A stretch of 64,000 nt of DNA from Candidatus Nomurabacteria bacterium RIFCSPHIGHO2_01_FULL_37_25 (GCA_001786765.1 MFTH01000008.1:2939-66938); one strand, 5' to 3'; counted from the stretch's first letter, positions 1 to 11,045 are shown. The notes: generated by a model not told the origin, from the letters alone. A program made the numbers and translations.

Positions 1-10
1 TGTTGAAACC

Positions 11-544
11 GTGCACTATTTAAATATTTTCCTTGGGGCAGGGGCTATTATTCTGCAAGTTCTTTCAGTTGTTGCATTATTTCTTTTATTTTTTACTTCT
101 GGGGGAAATAGTAGAAATAAATTTCTAGATTATATTAATAAACATTTTTTGGTATTGAGTTTTTTAATTTCCGTATTTGCTTCAGTTTTTCCTTTAGTCT
201 ATTCTGAAATTGTTGGTTTTTTACCATGTTATTTGTGTTGGTGGCAGAGAGTTTTTATGTTTTCAACGTTCTTTCTTTTTGGTACGGCATTTTGGGATAA
301 AGATAGAAAAGTTGTGAGATATACCACACCTTTGCTTTCTGTCGGTTTTCTTATTTCCGTCTATCAAAATTTCTTCTATTATTTTGGAGAAAGTTCAAGT
401 TTGCCTTGCGACGCTTCGGGAGTTTCTTGTTATCAGCAGTTAGTATCTGAATTTGGCGGATATATATCAATCCCAATGTTGGCCCTCACTGCATTTTTTA
501 GCCTGCTGACTCTTTCAGCAGTAGTTCATTTTAATCCAAAGTGA
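11..544 (+). CDS. dsbB: Disulfide bond formation protein B family
   Basis: Multi-TM protein with PCYLCWWQR motif and a second Cys pair. Confidence 0.8.
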   Translation: MHYLNIFLGAGAIILQVLSVVALFLLFFTSGGNSRNKFLDYINKHFLVLSFLISVFASVFPLVYSEIVGFLPCYLCWWQRVFMFSTFFLFGTAFWDKDRKVVRYTTPLLSVGFLISVYQNFFYYFGESSSLPCDASGVSCYQQLVSEFGGYISIPMLALTAFFSLLTLSAVVHFNPK

Positions 545-556
545 TACAATATTTAT

Positions 557-1651
557 ATGTCTTTTGATTTGTTTAACAGATTTTTTAAGAGATTTTTTCC
601 GGTGCCTTATTTTCTTACAGTACCTTCTTTTGGTTTAGATATAGGAGACGAATCATTGAAATTTTTAGAACTTGTAAATACAAAGAACGGGTTACGAGTC
701 GGTCGGCACGGTGAATGCAATATTCCGCCGGGCGTTATTGAGTTGGGTGAGATTAAAAATCCAAAAAAGATAGAGGAAATTTTGATAAAGCTTCGGGAAG
801 AAGTCGGGTTGAAATCCGTGCGGGTCTCTTTATTAGAAGAGCAGGTGTATCTCTTTAAACTTAGATTAGAAAAAATAGGATTAGAAAGCATCAGAGAAAG
901 CATAGAGCTTTCTCTTGAAGAACATATACCACTCAAAGCTTCTGAGGCCATTTTTGATTATGAATTGCTTAGTCAGGATGAAAAGAGTCTGGAGCTTCAG
1001 GTTGCGGCTATTCCTAAAAATGTAATTGAAAGTTATCTCGCTGTGTTTAAGAACGCAAAAATTATAGTTAAGTCGTTTGAGCTTGAAGCGCAAGCTATTT
1101 CTAGGTCTACAGTTAAAAATGGAGATTTGGAAACTTATATGATTGTGGACTTTGGAGAAAAACGCACTGGGATTTTTATCGTATCTCGTGGCGCTGTAAT
1201 GTTTACTTCTACGCTAGATGTGGGTGGGACAATGCTTTCTAATATGATTGCCAAAAATTTCAAAGTAAGTTTTGAGGAAGCAGATAAAATGAAACGAAAA
1301 TATGGTCTTCAACGCAATACTGAAAATAAAGAAATATTTTCAGTAATTTTAAATAGCGTTTCTGTTTTGCGTGACGAAGTCGTAAAGCATTTTTTATACT
1401 GGCACACCCACAAAGACGAAGAGGATAGAGATAATCCACCGATTAAGAAAATAATTCTCTGTGGCGGGGATTCTAATTTAATAGGGCTTTCTGAATATTT
1501 TTCTGTTAGCATGAAAAACACAGTAGAGATGGCTAACGTTTGGGTTAATATATTAGATACGGAAAAACATGTTCCAGATATTAATTTTAAGCGAGCGCTC
1601 TCATTTGCCGCATCTTTAGGACTTGCCTTAAGAGATTATAAACATAATTGA
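557..1651 (+). CDS. pilM: Type IV pilus assembly protein PilM
   Basis: Actin-like fold motifs FGLDIG, IVDFG, ILCGG; followed by PilN/PilO-like genes. Confidence 0.8.
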   Translation: MSFDLFNRFFKRFFPVPYFLTVPSFGLDIGDESLKFLELVNTKNGLRVGRHGECNIPPGVIELGEIKNPKKIEEILIKLREEVGLKSVRVSLLEEQVYLFKLRLEKIGLESIRESIELSLEEHIPLKASEAIFDYELLSQDEKSLELQVAAIPKNVIESYLAVFKNAKIIVKSFELEAQAISRSTVKNGDLETYMIVDFGEKRTGIFIVSRGAVMFTSTLDVGGTMLSNMIAKNFKVSFEEADKMKRKYGLQRNTENKEIFSVILNSVSVLRDEVVKHFLYWHTHKDEEDRDNPPIKKIILCGGDSNLIGLSEYFSVSMKNTVEMANVWVNILDTEKHVPDINFKRALSFAASLGLALRDYKHN

Positions 1652-1654
1652 TTT

Positions 1655-2194
1655 ATGATTAATTTAATTCCAAACGCAGAGAAAAAAGAAATAATTAAGG
1701 GTTTTTACTGGCGACTCGTGGTTTTGTTTTTTGTAATGATGGGTGTTTCTTTTATTATTGCTTTTGTCGCGATCTTGCCACCTTATTTCCTTTCTTCTGT
1801 AAAAAATAGAATTGCAGACACAAATCTGGAAGCGCTAAAAAATGAACCAGCGCTTGAACCTAATTCTAAAACCCTTAAAACAGTTGAAGACCTAAAAACC
1901 AAACTAACGCTGATTGAAAAAACTCAAAATAATAAATTTAGTGTTTTAGAAAAAGTAATAAATATTGTTCTTCTAAAAAAAATGGATAATATTAAAATTA
2001 ATAGTATTTCCTACTATGATGACTCTTTGAAAGGTAAAAAAATAAAAATACAGGGGAGCGCTTCTTCTCGTGAAGTTTTGCTTTCATTTAGACAAAAACT
2101 TGAAGATGACATAACTTTTAAAAATGTTGACTTACCAATCTCTAATTTTATAAAGGGGTCTAATATACAATTTAATTTAAATTTAACTCTGTAA
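1655..2194 (+). CDS. PilN-like pilus assembly protein
   Basis: N-terminal MINLIP motif plus single TM, directly after pilM. Confidence 0.7.
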   Translation: MINLIPNAEKKEIIKGFYWRLVVLFFVMMGVSFIIAFVAILPPYFLSSVKNRIADTNLEALKNEPALEPNSKTLKTVEDLKTKLTLIEKTQNNKFSVLEKVINIVLLKKMDNIKINSISYYDDSLKGKKIKIQGSASSREVLLSFRQKLEDDITFKNVDLPISNFIKGSNIQFNLNLTL

Positions 2195-2204
2195 CAATAA
2201 ATAT

Positions 2205-2747
2205 ATGCAAAGCAATTTTCCAAAAATACCCTTATTCTTTTCCATGATATTCTTTGCTTTTTCTTTGTTTGTTTTTTTGTTTTTCTTTGGAGAGATAAAT
2301 AACAATAATCGCAAAGCGGAGATAAAAGAAGGAGAGTGGTTGAATGAAAAAATTAAACGTAATGAAATGGAAACTCTTGATAATTCAATCAAAATTATAG
2401 ATAAAGAAATGATAGAGTTAGAAACTCATTTCGCAAAAAGTTCGGATATTGTGCCATTTTTAGACACAATTGAAGGATTGGCATCTAAGGTAAATATTAG
2501 CGCAGAGGTTGTATCTGTTAACATTTTAACAAACCATACTGGACTCACGGTCGGAGCGAAAACATCAGGAACTTTTAGCGAGATTTATAAATTCTTAGCG
2601 CTTTTAGAAAATTCTCCTTATGAAATCGAAGTTACCTCAATTGACATGCGTAGAGAGACAGAGTTAAATAGTGAAGAGAATAAAAATACCACAGTCCCAA
2701 AATGGAATATAACTTTTGAGATAAAACTTTTAAGTTTTATAGAGTAA
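2205..2747 (+). CDS. PilO-like pilus assembly protein
   Basis: N-terminal TM, coiled coil, GTFSEIYKFLALLEN segment; synteny with pilMN. Confidence 0.6.
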   Translation: MQSNFPKIPLFFSMIFFAFSLFVFLFFFGEINNNNRKAEIKEGEWLNEKIKRNEMETLDNSIKIIDKEMIELETHFAKSSDIVPFLDTIEGLASKVNISAEVVSVNILTNHTGLTVGAKTSGTFSEIYKFLALLENSPYEIEVTSIDMRRETELNSEENKNTTVPKWNITFEIKLLSFIE

Positions 2748-2757
2748 ATAAAAAAAT

Positions 2758-3081
2758 ATGTTTAAATTTTCCTTAAAAAAATTAAAAAAACAAAAGAATT
2801 TTACAAAAGACCAGGAAAGTTTCTGGCTGAATATAAATTTTTATTGGGAGGTGGCTGTTTTTGTTATGTTTGTAATAATTACGCTATCTTCTTTTTTTGG
2901 TTATTATCTTTTTGTAAAAACAAATCAAAAACTTGTTTTGGAAACAAATGATACTAATGCGCAGTTAAACACAATAAAAAAAGAAAGAATTGATAAGGTG
3001 TTAGAATATTTTTCTATAAAAAATAAAAAATCAGATCAAATATTAAATTCTCCTGCGCCCATAGTTGACCCCTCGCTCTAG
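2758..3081 (+). CDS. Hypothetical single-TM protein in pil cluster
   Basis: ORF with one TM helix, co-directional with pilMNO. Confidence 0.55.
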   Translation: MFKFSLKKLKKQKNFTKDQESFWLNINFYWEVAVFVMFVIITLSSFFGYYLFVKTNQKLVLETNDTNAQLNTIKKERIDKVLEYFSIKNKKSDQILNSPAPIVDPSL

Positions 3082-3145
3082 AAAGTTGAAAAGGTGTGAT
3101 TATATTGCTAGTATACTTAAGAGTGGTTTTAATAATATAAATTAT

Positions 3146-3221
3146 GCGCGGTTAGCTCAGTTGGTAGAGCGACTCATTTACACTGAGAAGGTCGGGGGTT
3201 CAAGTCCCTCACCGCGCACCA
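3146..3221 (+). tRNA. tRNA-Val(TAC)
   Basis: Cloverleaf GCGCGGT..ACCGCGC-A-CCA, anticodon loop TT-TAC-AC, GTTCAAGT T-loop. Confidence 0.95.
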
Positions 3222-3356
3222 ATATCAAACCTTCCGATTTTTGAAGCCAAAATGCGGGACGCGCGGAGCGCGTGGTGGAATAAAACTAATTTATACGCTT
3301 CTAAAACAATAAACAATAAATTAATATGGAGATATAGAAATTTATAAGCATTACCC

Positions 3357-3836
3357 ATGAAAAAAAATGCAACAATATTTCTTCAGGTAGTTATTATAAT
3401 CATCGGCATCACGGCGCTGGGTATCATGATTTGGTTTCCTTTGACCGAGGGTAGGGCCGTAAATCTAGACCTGTTTAGTATTTATGCTGACCCATTCATC
3501 ATATATGGATATGTGGTGTCTATTGCATTTTTTGTTGCTTTGCACCAGGCGTTTAAATTATTCGGATATATAAGGCAAAATAAATTATCCTCACCAAGCT
3601 CCGTGAAAGCTTTAAGGATTATAAAATATTGCGCGATTATATTAAGCGTTTCAATTGTAATGGCGGTGCTGTATATAACGATATTTCATAATAAAGATGA
3701 TGATCCAGCGGGTTTTGTTGCTATTGGTATTTTAGCTACTTTTATTTCTATCATAATCGTCACTATGGCTACGGTGTTTGAAAGAACTTTACAAAATCCC
3801 GTAGATATAAAGCCCGATAACGACTTAACCGTTTAG
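3357..3836 (+). CDS. DUF2975-family membrane protein
   Basis: Four TMs and C-terminal ...DIKPDNDLTV typical of the family. Confidence 0.75.
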   Translation: MKKNATIFLQVVIIIIGITALGIMIWFPLTEGRAVNLDLFSIYADPFIIYGYVVSIAFFVALHQAFKLFGYIRQNKLSSPSSVKALRIIKYCAIILSVSIVMAVLYITIFHNKDDDPAGFVAIGILATFISIIIVTMATVFERTLQNPVDIKPDNDLTV

Positions 3837-3840
3837 TACC

Positions 3841-3891
3841 ATGGTAATTATTATAAACAAAGAAATAGACTTGAATAAATTGTTTCTGTAA
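3841..3891 (+). pseudogene. Possible remnant of the YozG-like HTH regulator gene
   Basis: MVIIINKEIDLNKLFL* begins like the MAIIIN.. HTH gene that normally follows DUF2975 genes. Confidence 0.35.
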
Positions 3892-3928
3892 TGGGTGTTT
3901 CAAAAGAAGATTTGGTAAAATATAAGGT

Positions 3929-4291
3929 ATGAACACTTCCAACACACACAATCAGCGTATCGCAAAAATGATTTTCGCCTCGGTCTATCCGATGTACATA
4001 GAAAAGGTAGAGAAGAAAGGCAGAACGAAAAAAGAATTGCATCAGGTCATAGAGTGGTTAACAGGATTCGATACTAAAAAGCTACAGGAACTGATAAAAG
4101 AGAAAGTGACTTTTGAAACATTTTTTGAGCGAGCAAAACTCAACCCCAACGCACGTTTCATCACTGGAGTAATCTGCGGATATCGTATAGAGAAAATTGA
4201 GAATCCTTTGACGCAGAAGGCCAGGTATTTAGACAAGTTAGTGGATGAGTTGGCGAAAGGCCGGAAAATAGAGAAGATTTTAAGAAAATAA
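3929..4291 (+). CDS. DUF2200-family protein
   Basis: FASVYPMY..KGRT..VIEWLTG..ITGVICG..RYLDKLVDELAKG signature. Confidence 0.85.
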   Translation: MNTSNTHNQRIAKMIFASVYPMYIEKVEKKGRTKKELHQVIEWLTGFDTKKLQELIKEKVTFETFFERAKLNPNARFITGVICGYRIEKIENPLTQKARYLDKLVDELAKGRKIEKILRK

Positions 4292-4398
4292 TATTCATTA
4301 TCAAAATATAAACATGTTCAAACCAGTCAAAGCCCATCTAATTACCCTCGTTTTATTTATGGTATAGTATTTCTATATTAGATAAACAAATTTTTACT

Positions 4399-5028
4399 AT
4401 GAAATGCAAAAATATACATGGATGTTGTAGTGGAGCTTGTGATGTTGAGTCAACAGCAATGTCATTTGCTAAGATTGGACACATGATTCCCGATGTGGAG
4501 GTGGAAGCATTTCACAACGAGGAAATAAAAAAGATTAAACTCTCTGATTATCGTGGCAAATGGCTCATACTTTTTTTCTATCCCGCAGATTTTACATTTG
4601 TTTGTCCAACAGAGCTCGAAGAAATGGCAGACAATTACGAAGTTATTCAAAAGCTCGGCGCGGAGGTCCTCTCTATTTCTACGGATACTGTATTCGTTCA
4701 CAAAGCGTGGCACGATACTTCGGAGGCTATCAAGAAGATTAAGTTTCCAATGCTCTCCGATTCGCGTCGAGAACTGTGTTCAATTTTTGGTACCCTTATT
4801 CAAGAAGAAGGGCTTTCTCTTCGCGGGACATTTGTAGTTGACCCAGATGGCGTCCTCCGTATCGTTGAAATAAATGATAACAGTGTGGGAAGAAACGCAA
4901 AAGAACTCATTCGCAAACTTCAAGCCGCTAAATTTGTTCGTGAACATGGTGATAAGGTTTGTCCCGCAGGCTGGGAGCCAGGCGATGATACGTTAACTCC
5001 CGGGCTAGACTTGGTGGGGAAGATATAG
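4399..5028 (+). CDS. ahpC: Alkyl hydroperoxide reductase C (2-Cys peroxiredoxin)
   Basis: FYPADFTFVCPTE and VCPAGW motifs; true start may be a downstream Met. Confidence 0.92.
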   Translation: MKCKNIHGCCSGACDVESTAMSFAKIGHMIPDVEVEAFHNEEIKKIKLSDYRGKWLILFFYPADFTFVCPTELEEMADNYEVIQKLGAEVLSISTDTVFVHKAWHDTSEAIKKIKFPMLSDSRRELCSIFGTLIQEEGLSLRGTFVVDPDGVLRIVEINDNSVGRNAKELIRKLQAAKFVREHGDKVCPAGWEPGDDTLTPGLDLVGKI

Positions 5029-5156
5029 TTATTTTTTCTTAGTCTCGATTAATTGGTGTAAAAAAATTCTGTCGTTTTGTTAGAAAAATTCCTCCACATC
5101 AATAGAGAATTTGATAAAATTAAAAAACAAAAAATTTTGAAGACTATTCTCAAATT

Positions 5157-6323
5157 ATGAATGAAATAAAAAAATTAGATGAAAAATTACAACCTAAAAT
5201 TGACGCTGGTGAAGCTAGTAATTTTATCAAAGCTCAAGAACTAACTAAAGATGATTACTTCAGGGGTGTCGCAAGAAAATACGAGCAGACTAGACCTATA
5301 AAAGATAGTATCGTTCGTCTTGACCAAGAAGCTAAAATTGTAGAGACACTTCGCGCAGATAAACCTGTACTAATTCGAGGAAATTGGCGTATGGGAAAAA
5401 CTAGCATGATGGAATCTTTACAAACACATCAATTTGGTTTGAAAAATTCTATTGTTGCTGATGTAATGATGGAAAATCCATACAGCGCTAAATCTCTTAA
5501 AAATTTTCAAAAACAATTTGGATTGAATGCCGTTGTTGAATTTATAGCAAAAAGAGAATTTAAGAAAAAGGATGAACTTAGAAAGCAAATAACAAAAAGT
5601 CGAAAATTTCCCTTCGAATTTCTTAATGACTATCTTATTGAGCATGGAGAAAAAGTATTTTTGTCTCTAGATGAGGTTATATTTTTTGCGGAGGAACTGG
5701 AAAAACTGAAATACCTCGCTAATCTAAAAAGTTTAAGTAATATACAGATTACCCTTGTGTTGCATAGAGTTGCTTATTATGAAAGTTCATTTAAGGAGAT
5801 TTTTGAAGAATATGAGACACATTTTGTGCGGGCACTAACTTTAGAAGAAGTCGAAACATTAGTACGAAAACCTCTTGAGGGAACACGGATAACTTTTACC
5901 GATGACGCTATTCAGAGAATTTTTGAATTTACAGGTGGTAGACCAATGGAAATTAACAATGTCTGTTGGGCTTTAATGGGCTCATCTGAACATAAAAATT
6001 ATAAATTTACTTATTCCGCGGAAGATATAGACGCATTAACTAGAAAAGAAACTTGGGAACTAGGAGAACCATTTAGGATAGCTATTGTTAATTATAAAAA
6101 CATTTATACTTCCTCTATGAACAACGAGGAACAAGCGATAATTGATAAATTGATTGAAAAAGGTGAAGTTCCTGTTTCAGAAATTGAAGCGGTAAAAGTA
6201 CAACCATTGATTGATACGACTTTCGTTACTAGAGATTTCGCTAAGGGAGCTTATCGTATAAATGGCGAACTATTTAAGCGGGTGGTTTTGGATAAAAATC
6301 TTTGGCCGCGAATTACTTATTAG
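5157..6323 (+). CDS. P-loop ATPase (AAA/STAND-like)
   Basis: Walker A-like GNWRMGKT, Walker B LSLDE, FTGGRP motif. Confidence 0.6.
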   Translation: MNEIKKLDEKLQPKIDAGEASNFIKAQELTKDDYFRGVARKYEQTRPIKDSIVRLDQEAKIVETLRADKPVLIRGNWRMGKTSMMESLQTHQFGLKNSIVADVMMENPYSAKSLKNFQKQFGLNAVVEFIAKREFKKKDELRKQITKSRKFPFEFLNDYLIEHGEKVFLSLDEVIFFAEELEKLKYLANLKSLSNIQITLVLHRVAYYESSFKEIFEEYETHFVRALTLEEVETLVRKPLEGTRITFTDDAIQRIFEFTGGRPMEINNVCWALMGSSEHKNYKFTYSAEDIDALTRKETWELGEPFRIAIVNYKNIYTSSMNNEEQAIIDKLIEKGEVPVSEIEAVKVQPLIDTTFVTRDFAKGAYRINGELFKRVVLDKNLWPRITY

Positions 6324-6403
6324 TTAATAAATATATAGAACTATAATTAAATTTAGATACCAACTTGCCGGTTCGCATGGTGTTTGTTTTTTATAAATTT
6401 AGT

Positions 6404-9070
6404 TTATAACCATGTTTGAAATCTTCTTATATAGAAAACTTTAACGACTTGTGTTAAGACACAGTAAGAAAGTAGAATTCCAAAGAGCCACAAGAAATAT
6501 GTGAAAGGGAGGGAAACCATACCCACAGCATGTCCGAAGGAAGAAAATGGAATATATACTCCTATGATCATAACGAGGCCTGTTATCATAAGCACAGGAG
6601 TCGTTGCTATGCTTTGTATGAAAGGAATTTTTGGAGTTCGTATCATATGAACGATAAGTATTTGAGAAAGTAATCCCTCAATAAACCAACCAGATTGGAA
6701 GAACGCTTGACCTGCAAGTGTATTTGCCGCAAATATATACCACAATACAAAGAAGGTAATGATATCAAAAACAGAACTGATAGGACCAATAAAAAACATA
6801 AAGCGCGCGATACCACTCGGGTCCCATTTGCGTGGTTTTAACAAAAATTCTTTATTCATCTTGTCCCAAGGCATTGATAGCTGAGAGAAATCATAAAGAA
6901 GATTTTGTATGAGCAGGTGAATAGGCAACATCGGAAGAAAGGGCAGAAAAATACTAGCCGCTATTATACTAAAAACATTGCCGAAATTTGAACTAGCTGT
7001 CATCTTGATATACTTGATAATGTTTCCGTACACGGTGCGTCCATGAATAACACCTGTTTTAAGCACCAATAAACTTTTCTCAAGCAGAATAATGTCAGAA
7101 GATTCTTTGGCAATATCAGCCGCGGTGTCCACAGAAATACCTACGTCTGCTTGACGAAGAGCAGGGGCGTCATTTATTCCATCTCCCATAAATCCAACGA
7201 CGTGGCCTCTTTTTTGCAAGGCTTTTATAATGCGAGCTTTTTGGTCCGGAGAAACTTTTGCGAAAACTGTGGTTTTGTTTGCAAGCTCGGCGAGTTCTTC
7301 TTCAGACAATTTTTCCATTTCGCTTCCTAGAACAAGATGGTCAATATTCATGTTCACAGCTTTACATATGTGTCTTGCCACTAGATCGTTATCGCCGGTA
7401 AGGATTTTTACTCGGACGCCATCTTCTTTTAGTTCAGCAATTGCCGCCGCCGCCGTTTCTTTTGGCGGATCAAGAAAATCAATAAATCCAGCCAAGATTA
7501 GGTCTGTCTCATTGCTTATGTTATAAGGAGCATCTTCTGGCGATGTTTTTTTATAGGCTACCGCTATAATACGCAAACCACTTTCATTTAGATTTCTAGT
7601 AAGATTGATAACATTATTTCTGATTTCATCTGTGAGAGGAATAATTTTCCCTTTGTCTTCAACTTGTGTGCAGACTTTTAGAATTTCTTCAATTGCTCCT
7701 TTACATATTAAGAGCTGTTGACTGTCTTGGTCAATTACCACGGACATTCTGCGACGAATAAAATCAAAAGGAATTTCGTCAATCTTTTTTGTATTAGGGA
7801 GTTTTAGTTTTACTTCAAGTTCAGCGAATTCAAGAACAGCGCGATCTAAAAGATTTTTTAGTCCAGTTTGGTAATAACTATTCATATAGGCGTATTCAAG
7901 CACTGGTGTGTATTTTTCTCCATGAATGTCTAAATACTCAATCAGAACAATTTTGTCTTGGGTAATTGTTCCTGTTTTGTCAGTACACAATATATCCATA
8001 GCGCCCAAATTTTGAATTGAATTAATTTTTTTTACAACAACCTTCTCTTTCGCCATAGACACAGCGCCTTTTGCTAGATTAGCAGTGACAATGACCGGAA
8101 GCATTTCAGGAGTAAGTCCGACCGCTACAGCAATAGCAAAAATAAAAGATTCTTGCCAATCACCTTTACTAAATCCATTAATCACAAAAACAGCCGGAAC
8201 CATAACACTCATAAAACGAATAAGAAGCAGAGACACTTTTTTAATGCCTTTATCAAAACTTGTCTCGCTTCTATGTCCTAGAACGTTTTTTGCCAGCGAG
8301 CCAAAAAATGTTGCGTCGCCAGTAGTTACTACGACTGCTATTCCTGCGCCACTTATTACATCCGAACCAAGAAAGCAAATATTCTTGCGTTCTAAGGCGG
8401 AAGTTTTATTTTTTTCTTCATCTGTTGAATTAGGCAGAAATTTGCTTTCTTTTTCAACAGGGAGAGCTTCACCTGTCAGAGCTGATTGGCTAACGAAAAG
8501 GTCTTTTGATGAAATTAAACGAATATCTGCCGGTATCATATCACCAGCCGAAAGTTTGATAATATCTCCGGGGACTATTTCTTCAAGCGGTATTTCCACC
8601 CAGCGACTTACTAGGTTGATGGTTCCGTCAGGTTTTTCATCTTCAAACTGACGTTGCGCTGTAGCTGTTGTTTTCACCATAGCTTGCAGTTTTTCTGCGG
8701 CTTTTGAAGATCGAAATTCTTGAATGAAGCGTAGAACAATACTGATTGCGACCATTGTGCTCACTATTACAACAGCTCGAATATCTTCTGTAAGATATGA
8801 AATAATTCCAAGAAAAATGAGAACAAGAATAAATGGATCTTTGAAATTATGAAGTAACATGATATACCAAGGGTTTGGCTTTTCATGAACAATTTTATTT
8901 TTTCCATATTGCGAGAGTCTTCGCTTTGCTTCGTCTTCAGTAAGTCCACCGGTGATAGCAACTAGCCACGATAAAACATCTGCTTCCTCCATACTCGAAG
9001 CGGTGAAAATTTTATCAAATAGCGTTGTTTGTTTGACGCGGGCTGGCGTTGATGTGGTTTGTTGTGGCAT
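6404..9070 (-). CDS. mgtA: Magnesium-translocating P-type ATPase
   Basis: GLTPEMLP, DKTGT, GDGINDAP, SSNFGNVFS; start placed at MPQQ. Confidence 0.92.
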   Translation of the reverse strand: MPQQTTSTPARVKQTTLFDKIFTASSMEEADVLSWLVAITGGLTEDEAKRRLSQYGKNKIVHEKPNPWYIMLLHNFKDPFILVLIFLGIISYLTEDIRAVVIVSTMVAISIVLRFIQEFRSSKAAEKLQAMVKTTATAQRQFEDEKPDGTINLVSRWVEIPLEEIVPGDIIKLSAGDMIPADIRLISSKDLFVSQSALTGEALPVEKESKFLPNSTDEEKNKTSALERKNICFLGSDVISGAGIAVVVTTGDATFFGSLAKNVLGHRSETSFDKGIKKVSLLLIRFMSVMVPAVFVINGFSKGDWQESFIFAIAVAVGLTPEMLPVIVTANLAKGAVSMAKEKVVVKKINSIQNLGAMDILCTDKTGTITQDKIVLIEYLDIHGEKYTPVLEYAYMNSYYQTGLKNLLDRAVLEFAELEVKLKLPNTKKIDEIPFDFIRRRMSVVIDQDSQQLLICKGAIEEILKVCTQVEDKGKIIPLTDEIRNNVINLTRNLNESGLRIIAVAYKKTSPEDAPYNISNETDLILAGFIDFLDPPKETAAAAIAELKEDGVRVKILTGDNDLVARHICKAVNMNIDHLVLGSEMEKLSEEELAELANKTTVFAKVSPDQKARIIKALQKRGHVVGFMGDGINDAPALRQADVGISVDTAADIAKESSDIILLEKSLLVLKTGVIHGRTVYGNIIKYIKMTASSNFGNVFSIIAASIFLPFLPMLPIHLLIQNLLYDFSQLSMPWDKMNKEFLLKPRKWDPSGIARFMFFIGPISSVFDIITFFVLWYIFAANTLAGQAFFQSGWFIEGLLSQILIVHMIRTPKIPFIQSIATTPVLMITGLVMIIGVYIPFSSFGHAVGMVSLPFTYFLWLFGILLSYCVLTQVVKVFYIRRFQTWL

Positions 9071-9234
9071 AATTGGGATAGATAAATCAAGAAAAATTCT
9101 TTTGTATTTTATACATGCTAGTATAATATTGTATTTGAAATTATGCAAAATTTTTCTGCCTGCTAAGTCGTGAGAAAATGATATAATGGCAATGATTGCA
9201 GGGATAGAGATATTTACAATAATTCAAAAGAATA

Positions 9235-9483
9235 ATGTTTGCAAAATTGCTTAAAACCATTAAAGAGCATATCCACGACAAACCGAAAGTTAAAAAAATA
9301 GTTGGTGTTGTTTTGGTTTTTATTGGTTTTATTGCTTTTATCACCCCTCTTACACCTGGCTCTTGGCTTGCAATTGTCGGTCTTGAATTATTAGGATTAA
9401 GGATTTTGTTTTTAGATAAATTCAACTTTTTTTTACTCTGGATAAAAAAAATATTGGATAAATTGAAATTTTGGGAAAAATAA
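9235..9483 (+). CDS. Small membrane protein (PGPGW-like)
   Basis: Two TMs with TPLTPGSW motif. Confidence 0.55.
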   Translation: MFAKLLKTIKEHIHDKPKVKKIVGVVLVFIGFIAFITPLTPGSWLAIVGLELLGLRILFLDKFNFFLLWIKKILDKLKFWEK

Positions 9484-9484
9484 C

Positions 9485-10543
9485 ATGAATCATAAAAAAT
9501 CAGAACTTTATTTTTTATTAGCTTTTCTCGCAGGAATTTCTGTCCTTATCTTTTTTATTTTTAAACCTTTTTTATATGCTCTTATTATGGCGATAATTTT
9601 TGCAACTGTTTTCGAACCGCTACATAAAAAAATCCTTACTATGACACAAGGAAGGAGTGTTCTGTCAGCGTTCCTCGCTACTATTTCTGTTCTTGCCATT
9701 GTTGTAGCGCCTCTTCTATTTTTAAGTGTGCAAATTTTTCAGGAAACAAAAGGGTTGTATTTTTATCTTACTCTCTATGATGGCGAAAATAATATATTTA
9801 GCCAAGTTTTCAACGGCGCAAGTTTTTTCCACAGTGTAGAAAATGCATTACAAAGCCTCGCAAGATTTTCTCCTGCGCCCATAGATTCCCCAGATATTAG
9901 TCAGTATCTAAAAGAAGGATTAAACTGGCTACTTCAACATTTTGGTTTATTTTTTACAAATGTTGCAAAAATAATGATGGGTATTTTTATATTTCTTGTC
10001 GCGTTGTTTTATTTATTCAAAGATGGATATAAGTTGAAAAAAGCTGTTGTCGCCCTAAGTCCTTTGCAAGAGATATATATTGAAGCAATTTTTAGCAAAC
10101 TTGCTTTATCAATTAATTCTATTATAAAAGGTAGTCTCGCGGTGGCGTTCATTCAGGGCGTATTAACTGCTGTGGGGTTCACTATTTTTGGAATTCAAAA
10201 TGCGACTCTCTGGGGGAGTGTCGCGGCAATCACTGCTTTAATTCCCGGTATCGGGACAGCTTTGGTGATTATTCCCGGGGTTCTTTTTCTTTTCTTTAGT
10301 GGAGAAACTTTTTTGGCGATCGGTCTTTTACTTTGGGGAATAGTGGCAGTGGGACTTGTCGATAATTTTCTAGGACCAAAATTTGTTGAAAGGGGGACGA
10401 ATCTTCATCCATTTTTAATTCTTCTTTCTATTTTAGGAGGTATTAGTTTTTTTGGCCCCCTTGGGTTTTTATTCGGGCCACTTGTTTTGAGCTTGCTTTT
10501 TATTTTTATTGAAATATATTATATAATCTCAAAAGAACAATGA
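9485..10543 (+). CDS. AI-2E family transporter
   Basis: Multi-TM, VDNFLGPK..HPFLILLSILGG..FGPLG motifs. Confidence 0.88.
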   Translation: MNHKKSELYFLLAFLAGISVLIFFIFKPFLYALIMAIIFATVFEPLHKKILTMTQGRSVLSAFLATISVLAIVVAPLLFLSVQIFQETKGLYFYLTLYDGENNIFSQVFNGASFFHSVENALQSLARFSPAPIDSPDISQYLKEGLNWLLQHFGLFFTNVAKIMMGIFIFLVALFYLFKDGYKLKKAVVALSPLQEIYIEAIFSKLALSINSIIKGSLAVAFIQGVLTAVGFTIFGIQNATLWGSVAAITALIPGIGTALVIIPGVLFLFFSGETFLAIGLLLWGIVAVGLVDNFLGPKFVERGTNLHPFLILLSILGGISFFGPLGFLFGPLVLSLLFIFIEIYYIISKEQ

Positions 10544-10986
10544 TATTTTCAAACAACATTTTAATACGACTTACAATTTTTATTTTAGGCTTTTGTGGTT
10601 TTATGGTGGCCAAGCATATATTTAAGAGAAAAAATGATACTGAAAAACCACTTGTTTGTCCACTAAAATTTGATTGTCACAAAGTAGTTCATAGCGATTA
10701 TTCTAAACTTTTTGGTGTGCCGGTGGATATTTTTGGAATGATTTATTATGGTTTTATATCGGTTTTTTACCTTTTTTTTATTTTTAGGCCTGAGCCCCTA
10801 CCATTTATTCTAGTCAATTTTTTAATAACTTTGTCTTTAATGGCGTTTCTCTTTTCTATTTATCTGATAATTGTGCAAATTTTTATATTAAAAAATGGAT
10901 GCTTTTGGTGTATCATTTCCACTTTTATTTCCACTTTTATTTTTATTTTAACTCTACTTCCTCATGTTTTTAGTTCTATGCCTTAA
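10540..10986 (+). CDS. Vitamin K epoxide reductase (VKOR) family protein
   Basis: C..C..V.S.YS..FGVP and CFWC motif. Confidence 0.85.
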   Translation: MIFSNNILIRLTIFILGFCGFMVAKHIFKRKNDTEKPLVCPLKFDCHKVVHSDYSKLFGVPVDIFGMIYYGFISVFYLFFIFRPEPLPFILVNFLITLSLMAFLFSIYLIIVQIFILKNGCFWCIISTFISTFIFILTLLPHVFSSMP

Positions 10987-11045
10987 GTTTTCAAAAAATT
11001 ATAACTAGCATTTATAGACTTTTTTTGTTATAAATAAAAACACAT

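Noticed and set aside
3222-9150. Genomic island or prophage integrated at tRNA-Val
   Set aside because: The genes look accessory, but no integrase, phage genes or duplicated tRNA 3' end were seen.
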